Origin: a virus
Taxonomy: Duplodnaviria; Heunggongvirae; Uroviricota; Caudoviricetes
Virus record (IMG/VR): IMGVR_UViG_3300020048_000019
Coordinates: 1-64,000 of that record
Length of the DNA: 64,000 nucleotides
Direction: 5' to 3' (one strand)
Under the pieces are notes generated by a model. The model was not told where the DNA came from. It ran no database searches and was given only the letters and a program-made list of their open reading frames with translations. The position numbers and the translations under genes were made by a program. Positions 43,569 to 56,100 of the stretch are shown here, piece by piece (within the stretch, counting starts at the first letter, position 1; each line of letters starts with the position of its first letter).

Positions 43569-44531
43569 TTAAGCTGTTGTAGCAGCCACTGTGGGCGTCC
43601 CCCAAGAAGCAGACAAATAAGTTGTACTTGGTGGGAAATAGGTCACAATAGTTGCAGGTGCTGTTCCCGGTGTTGCGCCGGTTGGCGCTGTGCCTCCCGA
43701 AATTGGATCAGCATCAGCAGCTACCCAAACAGTAGTAATGACCAAGGTGTTAGAACTTGCTCCTTTGGCAATTGAATGTTGAATGTAGTTTGATGTGTAC
43801 GGAGCAGTATCAGCAAACTGTTTGTATACAATTGTTGCTGCTGCACCGGCTGTTAAATCATACCATCCTGTGGTGGTTGCTAGTGTGTTAGGAGTACCTG
43901 TTCCGCCAATTTTGGTAGTACCTGTATAAGCTGTGCCAGCAATAGTCTGAGTTGCAGTTCCACCGGTGATGTAAATATCGCCGCACAAGGTGTTGGCCAA
44001 ATCGTTCCATTCTGGGTCGCCTAGGTTACCAACTGCGGTTTTGCTTACATCAATCTTGATCCGACCGCCTGCGTTGAAAAAATAACGTGCAGCGTCGGCA
44101 CTGGCCCAGGTCACAGTGTTGGTAAATGTAATTGTAAACGGACCGTTTGTTGTAGTAGTTTTCGAGTTGGTACCTGTCCAGCCTGTAAACTGTGTGCCGT
44201 TGGCCGCGGCATTCCGACGATTGGTAGTAATGTTGGTCAAGTCAGTGTTTAGCGCTGCCAAAATAGCAATGGTGCTGCCAGTAGTAGGAGCAGATCTTGC
44301 TGTAATGGTGGTATTGGTCTGTGCGCCCATGCTTGATAATGTATTGACCAGGCTAGCCCATTGAGTAGCAGTAATAGTACCTGCTGCCGAAACAGTCGCC
44401 AGGGCGCTTTGCCCCCAACCCGCATCAGTAGTGCCAGTACTCCAAACGTTGTTGACGTTGGCTCCTGCGTTTGTACTAACAAACCCGTTGTAGTCTGTGG
44501 CTTGGATTAGGCCACCTAGTGAATATGTCAT
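43569..44531 (-). CDS. Thr/Gly/Ala-rich fibre-like virion protein
   Basis: Low-complexity beta-rich composition (TGTT, GTAYTGTTKIGGTGTP). Preceded by a TATAAAAA late-like promoter and an AAAACAGGAACA RBS block. Confidence 0.5.
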   Translation of the reverse strand: MTYSLGGLIQATDYNGFVSTNAGANVNNVWSTGTTDAGWGQSALATVSAAGTITATQWASLVNTLSSMGAQTNTTITARSAPTTGSTIAILAALNTDLTNITTNRRNAAANGTQFTGWTGTNSKTTTTNGPFTITFTNTVTWASADAARYFFNAGGRIKIDVSKTAVGNLGDPEWNDLANTLCGDIYITGGTATQTIAGTAYTGTTKIGGTGTPNTLATTTGWYDLTAGAAATIVYKQFADTAPYTSNYIQHSIAKGASSNTLVITTVWVAADADPISGGTAPTGATPGTAPATIVTYFPPSTTYLSASWGTPTVAATTA

Positions 44532-44552
44532 TGTGTTGTTCCTGTTTTAGTT

Positions 44553-46373
44553 TTAGTTTTTTATAGTTACAATAGCTTCAATTGTACCTGATTCTGGGGT
44601 TGGCTTGTCAACCAGGCTTCGTCCAATCACGTTGAATGCAGTGGCTTCTCCAGGTTGCGCAGCTCTTGCAATACCGTTTCCAGCACTGACCAAACGATCA
44701 CCCTTTTTAACATAGCCCACAACCTTGACAGGCACACGTCCGGTCATAGCAACTGCTGGGTGAGTATCGTCTTCGCCCGCACCACCGTTCATGGTAAACG
44801 CAGGATTTGTACTGATAACACCAAACACTTGATCACTCAATTCCAGAGTGTTACGTGTGATTTCTTTGGCGCCACCTAGTTCTACAACTGTACCTGGCTC
44901 CATGACTTCATCAGATGCAAAGCGTTCTGCAACGTCAGCATAAAGTGCAGTAGTAGCAGTGGCAAACACACGGTTAAAGTAGTTGCTTGCGCTGCCAATA
45001 TTGCCCACAGCGTTGGTGCCAGACTTACCAATGCTTGGCGTTGTGATACCAGTTACAATAATGCCCGCTGTATCAATTACAACAACGTTGCTAACGCCGC
45101 CAACATTGAAGTTGATGTTGGCACCATTTCCGCCAATGTTGCCTTCTGTGTTACCATTAACAAATTTAGTTACACTAACGCCCAAGCTCAGGCCAGTGAG
45201 TTGACTACCGTTACCAATAAAGAATTGACCAGCTACGTTGGCTGCTGATGTAATGTTTCCAGCAGCACTTACTAGTCCACTGGTACGCAAGTTTCCAGCA
45301 TCAACGTTGCCAGTTACTACAGCACGGCTGACGTTGGCTTGGCCTGCAGTGATCAAGTTGCCGCCTGTGATGTTGCCCGAAGCAGTAACAATACCGCCTG
45401 TGACCAAGTTACTACCAGTTACGTTGCCAGTTACGACCAATGTGGTCCCCACAGTAGCTGCGTTGGCAACAGCAAATGTTCCATTCAATCCCAAAGCAGT
45501 TGCTACATTATAAATCGTGCCAGCAACGTTGGCACGGAGAATCAAGTTGCCACCGCTGATACCAGCTGTAATCAAACCGTCGTTGCCAGTTTCAGAAATA
45601 ATCGTAGCGTTGCCAGTTCCTACAAACAAACCAGTATCGTTGTTGACTCGCAAAGTGCCTGTTGTGGCTGTGTTGGCTGTGGCCCGCATGAAGTCAGTGG
45701 AGTCCAAGCTGTCTAACAACTGAGCATTGGTCACTGTTCCGCCAAACACCGGGCTTCCCGAGTTCCACAACGTGATACCATTGTAAATTGTTGGGAAAGT
45801 GCTGTTCAATGGCGCTGCTGGGGTAAAGTTAGCATCTTTACTAACAATTGCCACTCGCGTGTTGTTCACATACAAGCTGGTAATAAAGTGTGGAGTAGCA
45901 CCTGAGTCATTAACGGACTCTGGAATAGCACCTGAGATTCCTTCACTACTGGAGAATGCTGGGCCCACAACCATAAATGTACCCGGGGCGCCAGCAACTG
46001 AACAGACTTTTAGCTGTTGATTTGTGGTATCAAACCACAGGTCACCAACAATGCTGGGACTCGGTTGACTACCACCGGCAGTGGCAGAACTAATAGCTTT
46101 CCAAGCCGAACCGCTGTAGACTTTTAACAAACTATTGGTTTTATCCCACCAAAGTTGTCCTTGCAGTGGCGATGCTAGCTTGCCAGAAGTTGGATTACCG
46201 CCGGAACTTGCACTAGAAAAGTTTTCTAGTAGTTGAATAAAGTTCTCGTCAAGCAATTCACCATAGCCAGCGTAGTTCTTGCCCACCAGCGTCATTGAGC
46301 TTGCGTTGTTGATTGTACCGTCGGAAATTGTTGCAAAAACGTTTCCGTCGGTTAGATTGATTGTATATGCCAT
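44553..46373 (-). CDS. tail fibre protein (606 aa)
   Basis: N-terminus MAYTINLTDGNVFATISDGTINN... is of the phage tail-fibre type. Gly/Thr/Asn/Val-rich repetitive shaft. The distinct C-terminal domain (...LYADVAERFASDE...VFGVIS...) may be a chaperone or receptor-binding module. Confidence 0.55.
   Translation of the reverse strand: MAYTINLTDGNVFATISDGTINNASSMTLVGKNYAGYGELLDENFIQLLENFSSASSGGNPTSGKLASPLQGQLWWDKTNSLLKVYSGSAWKAISSATAGGSQPSPSIVGDLWFDTTNQQLKVCSVAGAPGTFMVVGPAFSSSEGISGAIPESVNDSGATPHFITSLYVNNTRVAIVSKDANFTPAAPLNSTFPTIYNGITLWNSGSPVFGGTVTNAQLLDSLDSTDFMRATANTATTGTLRVNNDTGLFVGTGNATIISETGNDGLITAGISGGNLILRANVAGTIYNVATALGLNGTFAVANAATVGTTLVVTGNVTGSNLVTGGIVTASGNITGGNLITAGQANVSRAVVTGNVDAGNLRTSGLVSAAGNITSAANVAGQFFIGNGSQLTGLSLGVSVTKFVNGNTEGNIGGNGANINFNVGGVSNVVVIDTAGIIVTGITTPSIGKSGTNAVGNIGSASNYFNRVFATATTALYADVAERFASDEVMEPGTVVELGGAKEITRNTLELSDQVFGVISTNPAFTMNGGAGEDDTHPAVAMTGRVPVKVVGYVKKGDRLVSAGNGIARAAQPGEATAFNVIGRSLVDKPTPESGTIEAIVTIKN
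44558..44565 (-). promoter_or_regulatory. T4-late-like promoter TATAAAAA (one mismatch to TATAAATA) upstream of the fibre-like gene
   Basis: The minus-strand reading is ctataaaaaactaaaactaaaacaggaacaacacaATG. Confidence 0.3.
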
Positions 46374-46398
46374 GTCAGTTACCTGTTCCTGTTTTCAA

Positions 46399-46406
46399 TA
46401 TTTATA
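46399..46406 (-). promoter_or_regulatory. T4-type late promoter TATAAATA upstream of the tail fibre gene
   Basis: The minus-strand reading is gtATAAATAttgaaaacaggaacaggtaactgacATG. It overlaps the stop codon of the upstream gene. Confidence 0.45.
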
Positions 46407-47007
46407 CAGCATTGATATTGCTCAATGTCTGAATCCGCAGAGTGTAATCAATTTGAATCTGGCGGTTTAAGCTTTTTTGTACGGGGTGGAAGATCACGTG
46501 AGTAATCAAACGCAAGTTATCCACTGCACCATTCCAGGACTTCAATCCTAGTTCGTCAAATACAAATTCACCGTTGAAGTTGGTGGAATTGTCAAACGCT
46601 TGTTGTTGTGCAGGCTCGCCGTAATCCAGCAAACACTGCACTAAAATATCAGTGTATACGTTCCCGGCGGTGTGTAGCACGGTCATTTTGTTGTTGGCTG
46701 GATCAGTATCAGCAGCTGAATTATCGTTGACAACTTTGCTGTATGTCTCATTGTACAAGTCAGCATTTTGTCCTGTAGTGTTTGGGGGCAAATATGTAAT
46801 AACTCCAGTGGGATCTACACTGCTACCGCCATTACCAAACGCCATGCTGTAGATCTGTCCCAACGCTCGATCACTAAGTGTTTGAGCCATTGCTACTGAG
46901 ATATTCTCGTAGTGAATGGCGTTGTGATCGTTATAAAATATCTCACCATTTGATGGGTCGTGTATCTTGACATGCCCAGTAATTTTAGCTAGTCCTGGCT
47001 GAATCAT
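46402..47007 (-). CDS. hypothetical virion/assembly protein (201 aa)
   Basis: ATG confirmed. Sits between the giant ORF and the tail fibre gene. Confidence 0.4.
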   Translation of the reverse strand: MIQPGLAKITGHVKIHDPSNGEIFYNDHNAIHYENISVAMAQTLSDRALGQIYSMAFGNGGSSVDPTGVITYLPPNTTGQNADLYNETYSKVVNDNSAADTDPANNKMTVLHTAGNVYTDILVQCLLDYGEPAQQQAFDNSTNFNGEFVFDELGLKSWNGAVDNLRLITHVIFHPVQKSLNRQIQIDYTLRIQTLSNINAV

Positions 47008-47150
47008 GCTCGGCCCTCCACATAAGTTTTTTGTGTTTGCGGATCAAAGATACGCATGTGACCTTGCACCGAGATTGAGCCAGTTTCATTGGGCTTTCGG
47101 GGTTGAGCCGGTTTCTGCTCAACCTGTTGTTTTTGCTGTGTGTTTGCCAT
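47004..47150 (-). CDS. small Gln/Lys-rich protein (48 aa, MANTQQKQQVEQKPAQPRKP...)
   Basis: Not in the ORF track. ATG at 47148-47150, ATGA overlap with the 46402..47007 start. Fills the gap after the giant ORF. Confidence 0.3.
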   Translation of the reverse strand: MANTQQKQQVEQKPAQPRKPNETGSISVQGHMRIFDPQTQKTYVEGRA

Positions 47151-47169
47151 GGTCTTTTATTTACCTTGA

Positions 47170-50100
47170 TTATTCACCGCGCAAGAACCTTGCAGCCACA
47201 GTATCAGTATCTTGCAATGCAACACCGTCGCTAGCGGTTCCGTCACCAGTTTGATACCAGGTCTTTCCGCGGCGGACCAGTATAGTAACTTCGACTCCGT
47301 TTGGAGGAGCAACAAGTTCAGGCACTGCGCTGCCATCAACTACAAATTGTATTGATAAAGGATCAAATTGCCCCAGGTTCCACGGATACTGACATGGAAT
47401 AATATCTCCAAATTGGTTTGCAGTAGCAAGATACTGCCGTGTTCCGCCCACATATACTTCAATTGCTTTGGTATCAATGGAACTATCTTCAAGTGGATTA
47501 TCAAGTTGGATACTTGGAGCATAAAATACTGTAGTAGATCCATCACCAATACTGGTATCTTTTACAATGTAGTCTTGGTATTCTGTATTCAACAAATTAC
47601 CACGTCCAGTGTCATAGACGTCTGCATCAACTGCATGCTCTGCAGCCGCTGTGCCAGCAGTACCTCGGCGCAAGCCGCTGACAGTATTATCAGCAAGATT
47701 ACGTTCACGATACATGATTCGTTCCCCATCAATAGTAATCACGCCAAAAACTCCGTCGGCTAAGTTTGGTTCACTGAGTATTCCAGCATTGGTTACATGT
47801 ATTACATCAGCATCTGCCGACAGTAGTTCAGATACAGTAGTAGTGGTAGTTGGGGTGATTCTATAAGTTGCTTGTACACCTCGCATGTCTTGGAACACAC
47901 GGAATGCAATTGCTTCAGGAGTAACACTATTGGTAAATTGAGTAATTACCATCACGTCAGTGATATTGATCGCGCCCGAAGCCAAGATCAAATATTCCCC
48001 TTCAACCACAAAGTCAACACCTTCAAACTGTTGTTCACCGTTCAGTGTTACCCACAAACGGCCAGCACTGACGTTGGCACGACCAAGCCAAAAATCATTG
48101 TTGTATACTATAGTACCAGCTGAATAATCAAATGATCCCGAAGTATTGTTAAATGCATTAGTTGTGCTGTTTCTGCTGTACACTGGACCAGTAGTAGTAC
48201 CTGTTCCGCTAGAAACAGCACCATTCTGAGTGGCAACAAAAGACACCCCAATTGTGTTAGATGCTGCCCCGAAGCTTACAAAGTTAGTAGTACCAACGCT
48301 GGCAATTGTGTAAGTGTCACCAAGCTTGATTGCAGTTGCTGGTACAGTTCCAGTGCTAGTTAATTCAACAAAATTGGGATCATATGCAGTAGCTTGATAG
48401 CCTTCAACCACAGTGATACCTGAAATAACTGGTCCAAGAAATACCGATGACAATATATTTTGCTGTGCAGTATCGTTCCATGTGACAACTGCAACTTCGT
48501 CACCTAAATTAATTGTGCCAACAATTTGTACTTGATTGTTGTTTACTATGTAGTCTGCAATAGTGCTAACTGAAATCAAGATTTGGGCTCCAGCTGCTGG
48601 GGCAGTGACAAACACTACTTGGCGGCCAGGAACGTTGGATCCAGACCAATTAGATACACTATAGTCTCCGTTAAATGCACCAAAACTTTGAGTCTGCAAC
48701 ACACTGTCTACCCAGACTTGTATGTCATTAATTGCGTCGATAATATTTTGTTCATATCCGCCACGCTGCGGCAACCCAAAGCTAACACTTGAATCGTCGC
48801 CAAGCCATTCAATTCCCTCGGCAGGTTGCAATCGTAAACCATTGCGAATGACTATCATGTTGGCAGGATTAGTGCCACCAACGTAGTTGTTCAGCTCTAG
48901 AGTTCTGCTAGCTTGCAGACCAGAATCAATAACAAAATTCTCAACCTGAGGGGTGCTCCAGCTGTATTGAACAGGAGTAGTTGTCCCTAGAACAGCAATG
49001 CTAACGCCATCTGCAGTACCAAATGTAGTTCCAAAATCAACCAAGGTTAACAATGTTGGAACAAACTCTATCCAGTATGCAATGTCAGTTATGGCTGTTC
49101 CGCCAGGAACCAGCTGTGCTGCACGGTAATAGCTGCCAGATTCGTTAACTATGGTGTTACGATCATAAGTTTCAAGAATACTCCAATCAACACTGTCAAT
49201 GTACGGCGTCCAAGTGATGCCGCCGATTGCTGTGCCGTTCACAAATACAACCACATCGTAAATTTCAACGCTGCTTACTGGAATTTGTAGAGTCTGTCCT
49301 AGTTGTGCTCCTGTATAACTATTGCGGTATAATTGGCTGCCGCCACCAATCTCATAAACATTAATATTGATAATTTCGCCATCAATTATACCATCAATGA
49401 TCTCAATTGATTGATCAGCCCAATTTACATAGTAATTGATACCATAATATAAATCTAGGCCACGTGTTAAATTACTAACCAAGACTTGTACTGGATTTTC
49501 AACAATGTTGGCCCAACTGTATAGGTTGGTCACGGCCGGTTCGTATGTATAACGAATAGTGCCAATCTGAAACCCGTGACCGTCGCTGCTCCAATCAGCG
49601 CCCGGTCGTGTGTAAACACGGAAGTCCATTGTGTCAAATTCGCTACCATTAACTAGTTCTTCAGGGGCATGCGTCTCAAACGCTCCTAAGAATTTGCCGC
49701 CATCTACATTGATATCAGTGGGCAAGGTTCCTGTTGTAATGTTATTGAATCCATTTTCATACACTACGTCGAGTGCAGTTGTTCCCAAGAAATAATCACC
49801 AAATACCTGAACACCCGGATAATCAACTCCGTCAATTAGGAGAGGTAATTCCAAGCCAGGCTGATTGACGCCTGGCACATACAAGCCCATGGTACGATCA
49901 ACGCCAGTTACATATGCAGTACCGGCCGCAACTTCGTAGTAGCCTTGAGCAGCATTATATGTCAACTGCAAGTTGGCAGGATTGACCAAGATCCAGTTTT
50001 CAAGATCAAAAGTTGGGCTGACCACAGCAGTGGAATCTTGACTTGCTGCTTGCCAAATACGATTGTCATATCTTGCTAGTTCTCCATCCTGATATGTGGC

Positions 50101-53100
50101 GTTAGCTTCCCAAGTTTGAACGTTGGTATTGTATTGCACACGATCGTAGCGCAGTGTAGTCTTGAATTGTCGCACAAGATCATTGCCCATGACTGCATAA
50201 GCACGGGCAGCAACACCATTGCCCCCGTCGAATGTCACAGTCGGGGTTATGTTGTACCCAGCACCCGAATTGGTAATGCTAATTCCAACAACTTGACCTA
50301 AACTATTGATAATAGCAATTGCTTCGGCTGCTTGGATGGCCTCACCAGTAAAGACCACCAATGGTGGTTCTGTATATCCGGATCCACCATCAACTATTTC
50401 TACATCTTGTAATTCCAACAAATAATTATTGTACCACTGATTATAAGGCCAGGTAGACCACACAGTGCTAGTTAACGGCACATTGCTCTTGGTGTTTAGC
50501 GCAGCATTGAATGCACTGCCCGACTCATAAGGGGTCAGAATTGGACTTACATATTGCGGGACTTCTAGCGAAGTGTCATAATATGCTGGCAAATCAAAGT
50601 CTGTGACATCACCAAGATACTGGTCAAAACCAGAATATTTCAAGTTGAACTCGCGTATCTGTACGTGATATGGTTTGACTTCTTGAATGTAATCTTCAAC
50701 AAATTCTTGATTGTCTCGGATGTAGTTCTGGAAAGGCACCAATTCGCGCAACCTGTGGTCAACGTCAATCAACGAAGTCTTGATCAACCATTCTGGGGCA
50801 GAAAACTCACTCAACACATAGTTGAACATTAGAACCAATGCACGGTTACGTTCTATTGCAAGATCGTCAATAAACAGTTCTTCGTTAATGGCTTGAATAA
50901 TTTTTCGAGTTTCAATCACAGGCTCTTGGTCATAGTACTGTGCATCAAATACTTCAACGTCCCATCCGAATCTACCAGCAGCATAATCCCACAGCTGGTT
51001 AGAAAATTCAATAGTGCCGCCTTGCAACCCAACTCGCTCCCAACCTAGGTCAGTGCGTAGATAAATTTCCCACTTGCCTTGCGAGTTAGCAGTTACTTTA
51101 ACAGAACTTCCAACAGGCACCGACAATGCATCTAGCGAGCTATATGTAACTACTTCGGCTACTACACGAACACTGCTATTGTAGCCTGTACGGTACCAGT
51201 CGATGTAGGCCCAGTAATCGGGTGTATTGTAATTTTGCACTCGGGTCAACACTAGCACACGTTGCGTTGGCACAGTGTCTCTTGCCTGCACAGTATAAAT
51301 GGTCCAGCGGCCGTTATTGTTAGCATCAGTCTCTACTAGGTAACGATAAGGTAAACTAGCTTCGGGAATTGCATCAATATCCTGATAACCAAGTATTTCT
51401 AAATTAGCTACACGTTGGTTCCAGTTAGTAACAGTAACAGTGTCGATCAGCACTGATTGTGCCGGCTCAGATTCTTTACTGTTTAGCAAATTAAAATTAC
51501 GACTTTCAGTAATAGGATATTGTGCCAATATAGTATTTGCGCGAGTCAGGTAGTTGCGCAATGCTTCAAAGCGGTCCACAAACATACTCTGACGAGGACG
51601 GAATTGCACACCATATCGTTCAGCTGGGCCTAGGTTGGGGTCAGGAACTATGTTACCAAAAGTGTCAACTCCGCAGAAGCTATCCTGTAACTTACGATAC
51701 AAATTATTACTCAAGAAGCCGTCACCACGATCTTGTGGGATTAATTCGTATTCAGTGTGAACATTATTTGTGGTATATTCACGATCGTACTCAATATGCA
51801 AGATAGTATCTTGCGCTTGAATATAATCCCCCGAATTGTAAATTGCAACGGTGCTGGAATTTATAGGAGCCAGATACGCAATACCAGAAGCGCGAGGGTT
51901 TTCGATATAACTAGCAACCACACTAGCTGGTAGCGTTTTTCCAAGGCCAGTAACTGTGGCTGTAATCCCGCGTACCCAGAAATAGTATTCAGTAGCAATG
52001 TTACCATCAATTGCGAGCCGTCCATTTACGGCATAACTCAAGGTATCACGAGGAGTACCCTCGCCAGCGTACTGTGCTGGTGGCACACTACTCACTACCC
52101 ATTGATAAACATCTACACTGGATCCTGGAAACAACTGTGCCCACCTGCGTGAAGCATATACAATGCTGTCCTGATTAGGATCAATAAAACGAGCACTTGT
52201 TGTGTCCCACCACATTTTACCAACATGCCCATTGGTCCAGGTAGTTCCTCGAATGTTGGTTGGGCCCGAATTGTAACTAGCCGGATCCACGGATCCAATA
52301 TAATCTAGGTTCTGGCGTGCAGCACCAAGAATTTTGCCTTGTAGCGGATTTATAAAGTCCAAAAACTCTGTCGTAGCCGAAGTCACTCGGTCATACAAGA
52401 ATACCGAGTTCAACAATTGTATATCAACTACAGGTTGTTGTTGTTGGATAGTTGTCCAGGCAGCTCCTCTGTTAGCATTATCATAGATATACACTGCACC
52501 ATAATTTGCAGCGCCAGAGTCTTCAAAGTCATTGCCGGGTGTGCCAATCAACAGCACACCCGAAGTGTAATTGATAGCAAGACCGTATTGGTCATAAGAA
52601 TTAACAGATGTGTTGCTGATTTGCTGACCAAATACAAACTTTCCTGGATTAGTTACGCTCATGGTTGAGCTTGCCAAATAATCATATGCATACACTGCCC
52701 CGCTTTGCACCGTGATTGAAAAGAAGGTGGTACTGCCAATATCAAATATAGTCGAGCCATCATCAAAGATATTTTCCAAATACAGCGTGCCATTTGGGGC
52801 TCCGACAACCAAACTAATTGCAGATGAATCCAACGAAACACTGCTACCAAATCCAGCAAACTGAACTGGGTATGGACTAGTAATCGTTTGAGTCCAAGCA
52901 AATGTTTCGAATGTCAAGGCATCAAACGCAGTTCCTACAGAACCAGGGCTGACTTGTACTTTGTTAAAATCAGTTGCTGCTAGGCTATTCTTGACTGCAA
53001 CAGTCAAATAACCAGCAGTATTAACTGTGGCAGAAATGTTCGGAACCACCACATTGATTTGTTCAGCTAATGCACGTACCTGAGCACTTGCTGTCACCGT

Positions 53101-56100
53101 AGTAGTTACTTGCTTCCAATAAGTGGTATTGGAAATAGCTGTCAGTGCCGGTACTAACTGGACCGCTAGATATATTGTAGTGGTTGCACCAACAGTGTTG
53201 TATACTACTTGATTCACAGCATAAGCAAGGGCACTGTTCCATTGATCAGGAACTGTTACATCAATGTTGTTGACTCGTAATGTATTACCAGCAGTCAATA
53301 CAGCATTGGCCACTAACGATGTTGTAGTACCATATACGCGACTTTGGTTAACTTTTCGTTCAACTACACCACCCTTGTAAACTTGTTCACTACTGTTAGG
53401 TTCTCCAACGTACAAGCTGCAATCATAACTGCAAAGCTCTACTGCATAACCAAAGTTACTAAATTCTGCCAAAGTGTTTTGTTCCACAGATTGCATTAAT
53501 ACAAACTGATTGGTTTCAATTTCAACTACATCACCAACTGCTAACGAACCATTGATAGTAATTGCAGATGCGCCATTCCAGCTAAAAGTATTAGAACCAT
53601 CAACAACTGCATCATCCTGATTGATATAGAATATGTTATTGACTAGCACACTAATAGGAGGAGCAGCAGGTGTGCCGAGCACTGTAAACACTGGGTTTGC
53701 TGTGGTACTAGTGTTGATGAACTTCTGCACATTTCGATCAAACACATACACAGCGCCGGCTTGTGTTGCCGAGCCCACAGTTTGATTAGGTGCACCAACT
53801 AACACTTGTCGGCCGTCGCTGGTACAACTAATGGAGCTGCCAAATCGAGCTCCAACAATTAGTCCAGCCGCTGTGATACTGTTTACATATTTGAAATAAC
53901 TTTGTGCCTCTACAACAATAGTTGCCCCGGCAACTGGCACAGTAACAAATGTCAGTTGCGCAGTGCCAGTGTTGAATGTATAATCAATATTGGGTCTATA
54001 GATAGTTCCGTCAACCTCAACTGTAAACGAATAAATGTTGTCCACAGTAAAGAAGTATTGTCCAAGATCAAATACTGAGGTCAAGCTCACTGGCGTGTAT
54101 GCGATATTGAACGTTAGGATGCCGCCGCCGCCATCAACACTAGCGATAGTCAATACCAAGTTGGCTTGACCGCCAAACTTACTTGACGCAAATGTTACTG
54201 TGTTGCCCACAACATAGTTTGATCCTGTAGTTGTAACACCTACGCTGCCTTGGGTGGCCCCGGGTTGACCAACTTGATTACGAACACGGATGATAGTAAA
54301 CTTTGCGCCTACGCCAGATCCCGAAGTAGAAGTTTGAGTCACATCGTAATAAGTTTGTGCGTCCAGTGGCTGCACGTAGATGCGTTGTATGTCAACTATT
54401 GTCCCTAAAGCAGGCGCTGTTGCAAATGTAACTTCAGTAAAGCCAGCATCAACTGTGTAATCAGTACCCAGTAACTGTATTGTTCCATCAACTGTAACTT
54501 TGAGTTGGGTGCTTATGTCGATTTGAATAATGCCATCGATAGAATATACTGTAGTAACATCGTCGCCGCGTGAACGAACAAATTGATTTTGCCAATCAAC
54601 TCGGCCATATGCATGCACTTGATTCAGCCCAGGGGCACCAATATACATCCAGCGCTCGTCTTGACTCATTACGACACTGTAGCCAAATTCTCCGGCGCCG
54701 GGTGTGGTGCTGGTTGTTGTACCTGGTTGTGTTAGTAATTGCAGTTGTGTGTATGGATTAGTGTTTGGCTGTCCCAGTGCAGGGTCGCGATAGATCACAG
54801 CAGCATAGCCGTTATCAGCTTGTGCGCCAGGGCCCAGGCTCTTGCTTGCACCTGCTACTGCCCAAGTTTGATTACCAAAGTCAACTGCATTACCGTATCC
54901 ACGAGCACCAGTTGCATTTAGTTCAAGAATAGCATCACCGCTAATGTTAGTGGGGCTTGTTAAGGTAAAGGTACCTCCAACATTCTTAACGTACACAAAT
55001 ACAGCACCAGTTTCAGTCCCCGAATCATGGCCATACCGCGGGACGCCGACCAATGTAGCCAATCTGTCTTGTGCTTGCGCAACGCTTTGGCCATAGTAAT
55101 CGCCTGCATTAAGCGTCACAGGGCGTAGTGTTTGTGTGGCTGTGAATATGTCTTGCTTTTCGAGCACTTCCCATAATTCACTACCGTTATTGTCAACCCA
55201 AACACGGGCCCCAGAATTTAAATTCTGAGCATATGGTAAATCAACAATGTCACTAGCTTGCGCCACTCTCATGGTCTGTAATGTAAATCCTAAGCCAATG
55301 CCGTTAGCAACTGATCTGTCCCCGGTGAACTGGAAAGAAATATTTACAGTGTTTAAACTAGCAACACCGAGTACTTGGTAGACACCATCAACTTCGGGAT
55401 CAAAGAACTTGATAATCAACTTGTCGCCAACGCCAAGTCCATGTTGTGCGCTAAAGATTACCCGGCTGGTTCCATTCAAGTTGTCACATACGTGTTGGAT
55501 TATTCCTGGTACAGGTTCTGCACGATAAATGTTCCAATCATAGTCGTTGGTCTTTGCTACCCAGATACTGGTACCAACTTCAATTTCGTCAATATTTGCA
55601 GCCAAGCTAGTGGTATCTGTAATATCAAATACTGTAATGTCTGCATCATCAATGTTTACATATCCTGCACTCGGCAACGCTACATCAGTTGGCGTAGTAA
55701 TTGTAGTTGGAAGAATATTTGTGCTGGTCAATTTGTAGCTCTGGCGCCATACGTCACTCAACAAGATAGTCTGATCAGCTTCAGAAGTTTCTTGTGGTAA
55801 TGCTATTTTGACCAGGCTTGGGTTAGCATTGAGTAGTGCCCGATTTAATCTTAATTCAATAAAACTACGGTTAGCATTGGCACCGTACACCGCTTGTTGT
55901 ACTGCCCAATTTTCGTAAACATCATAGTCGGCATTTTCTTTACCAAGATTTGCACCTTTGAACAATTCTGTTGCTTGTACTGTTCCTTTGGTATCAAGGA
56001 ATTGTCTGTATATATTGAGTTGACTTACATCATCTAGATTCAACGCTGCCATATATTGACGTGGTCGGAAACCAATCAGACCGTAGCTTAGTAAGTCAGT

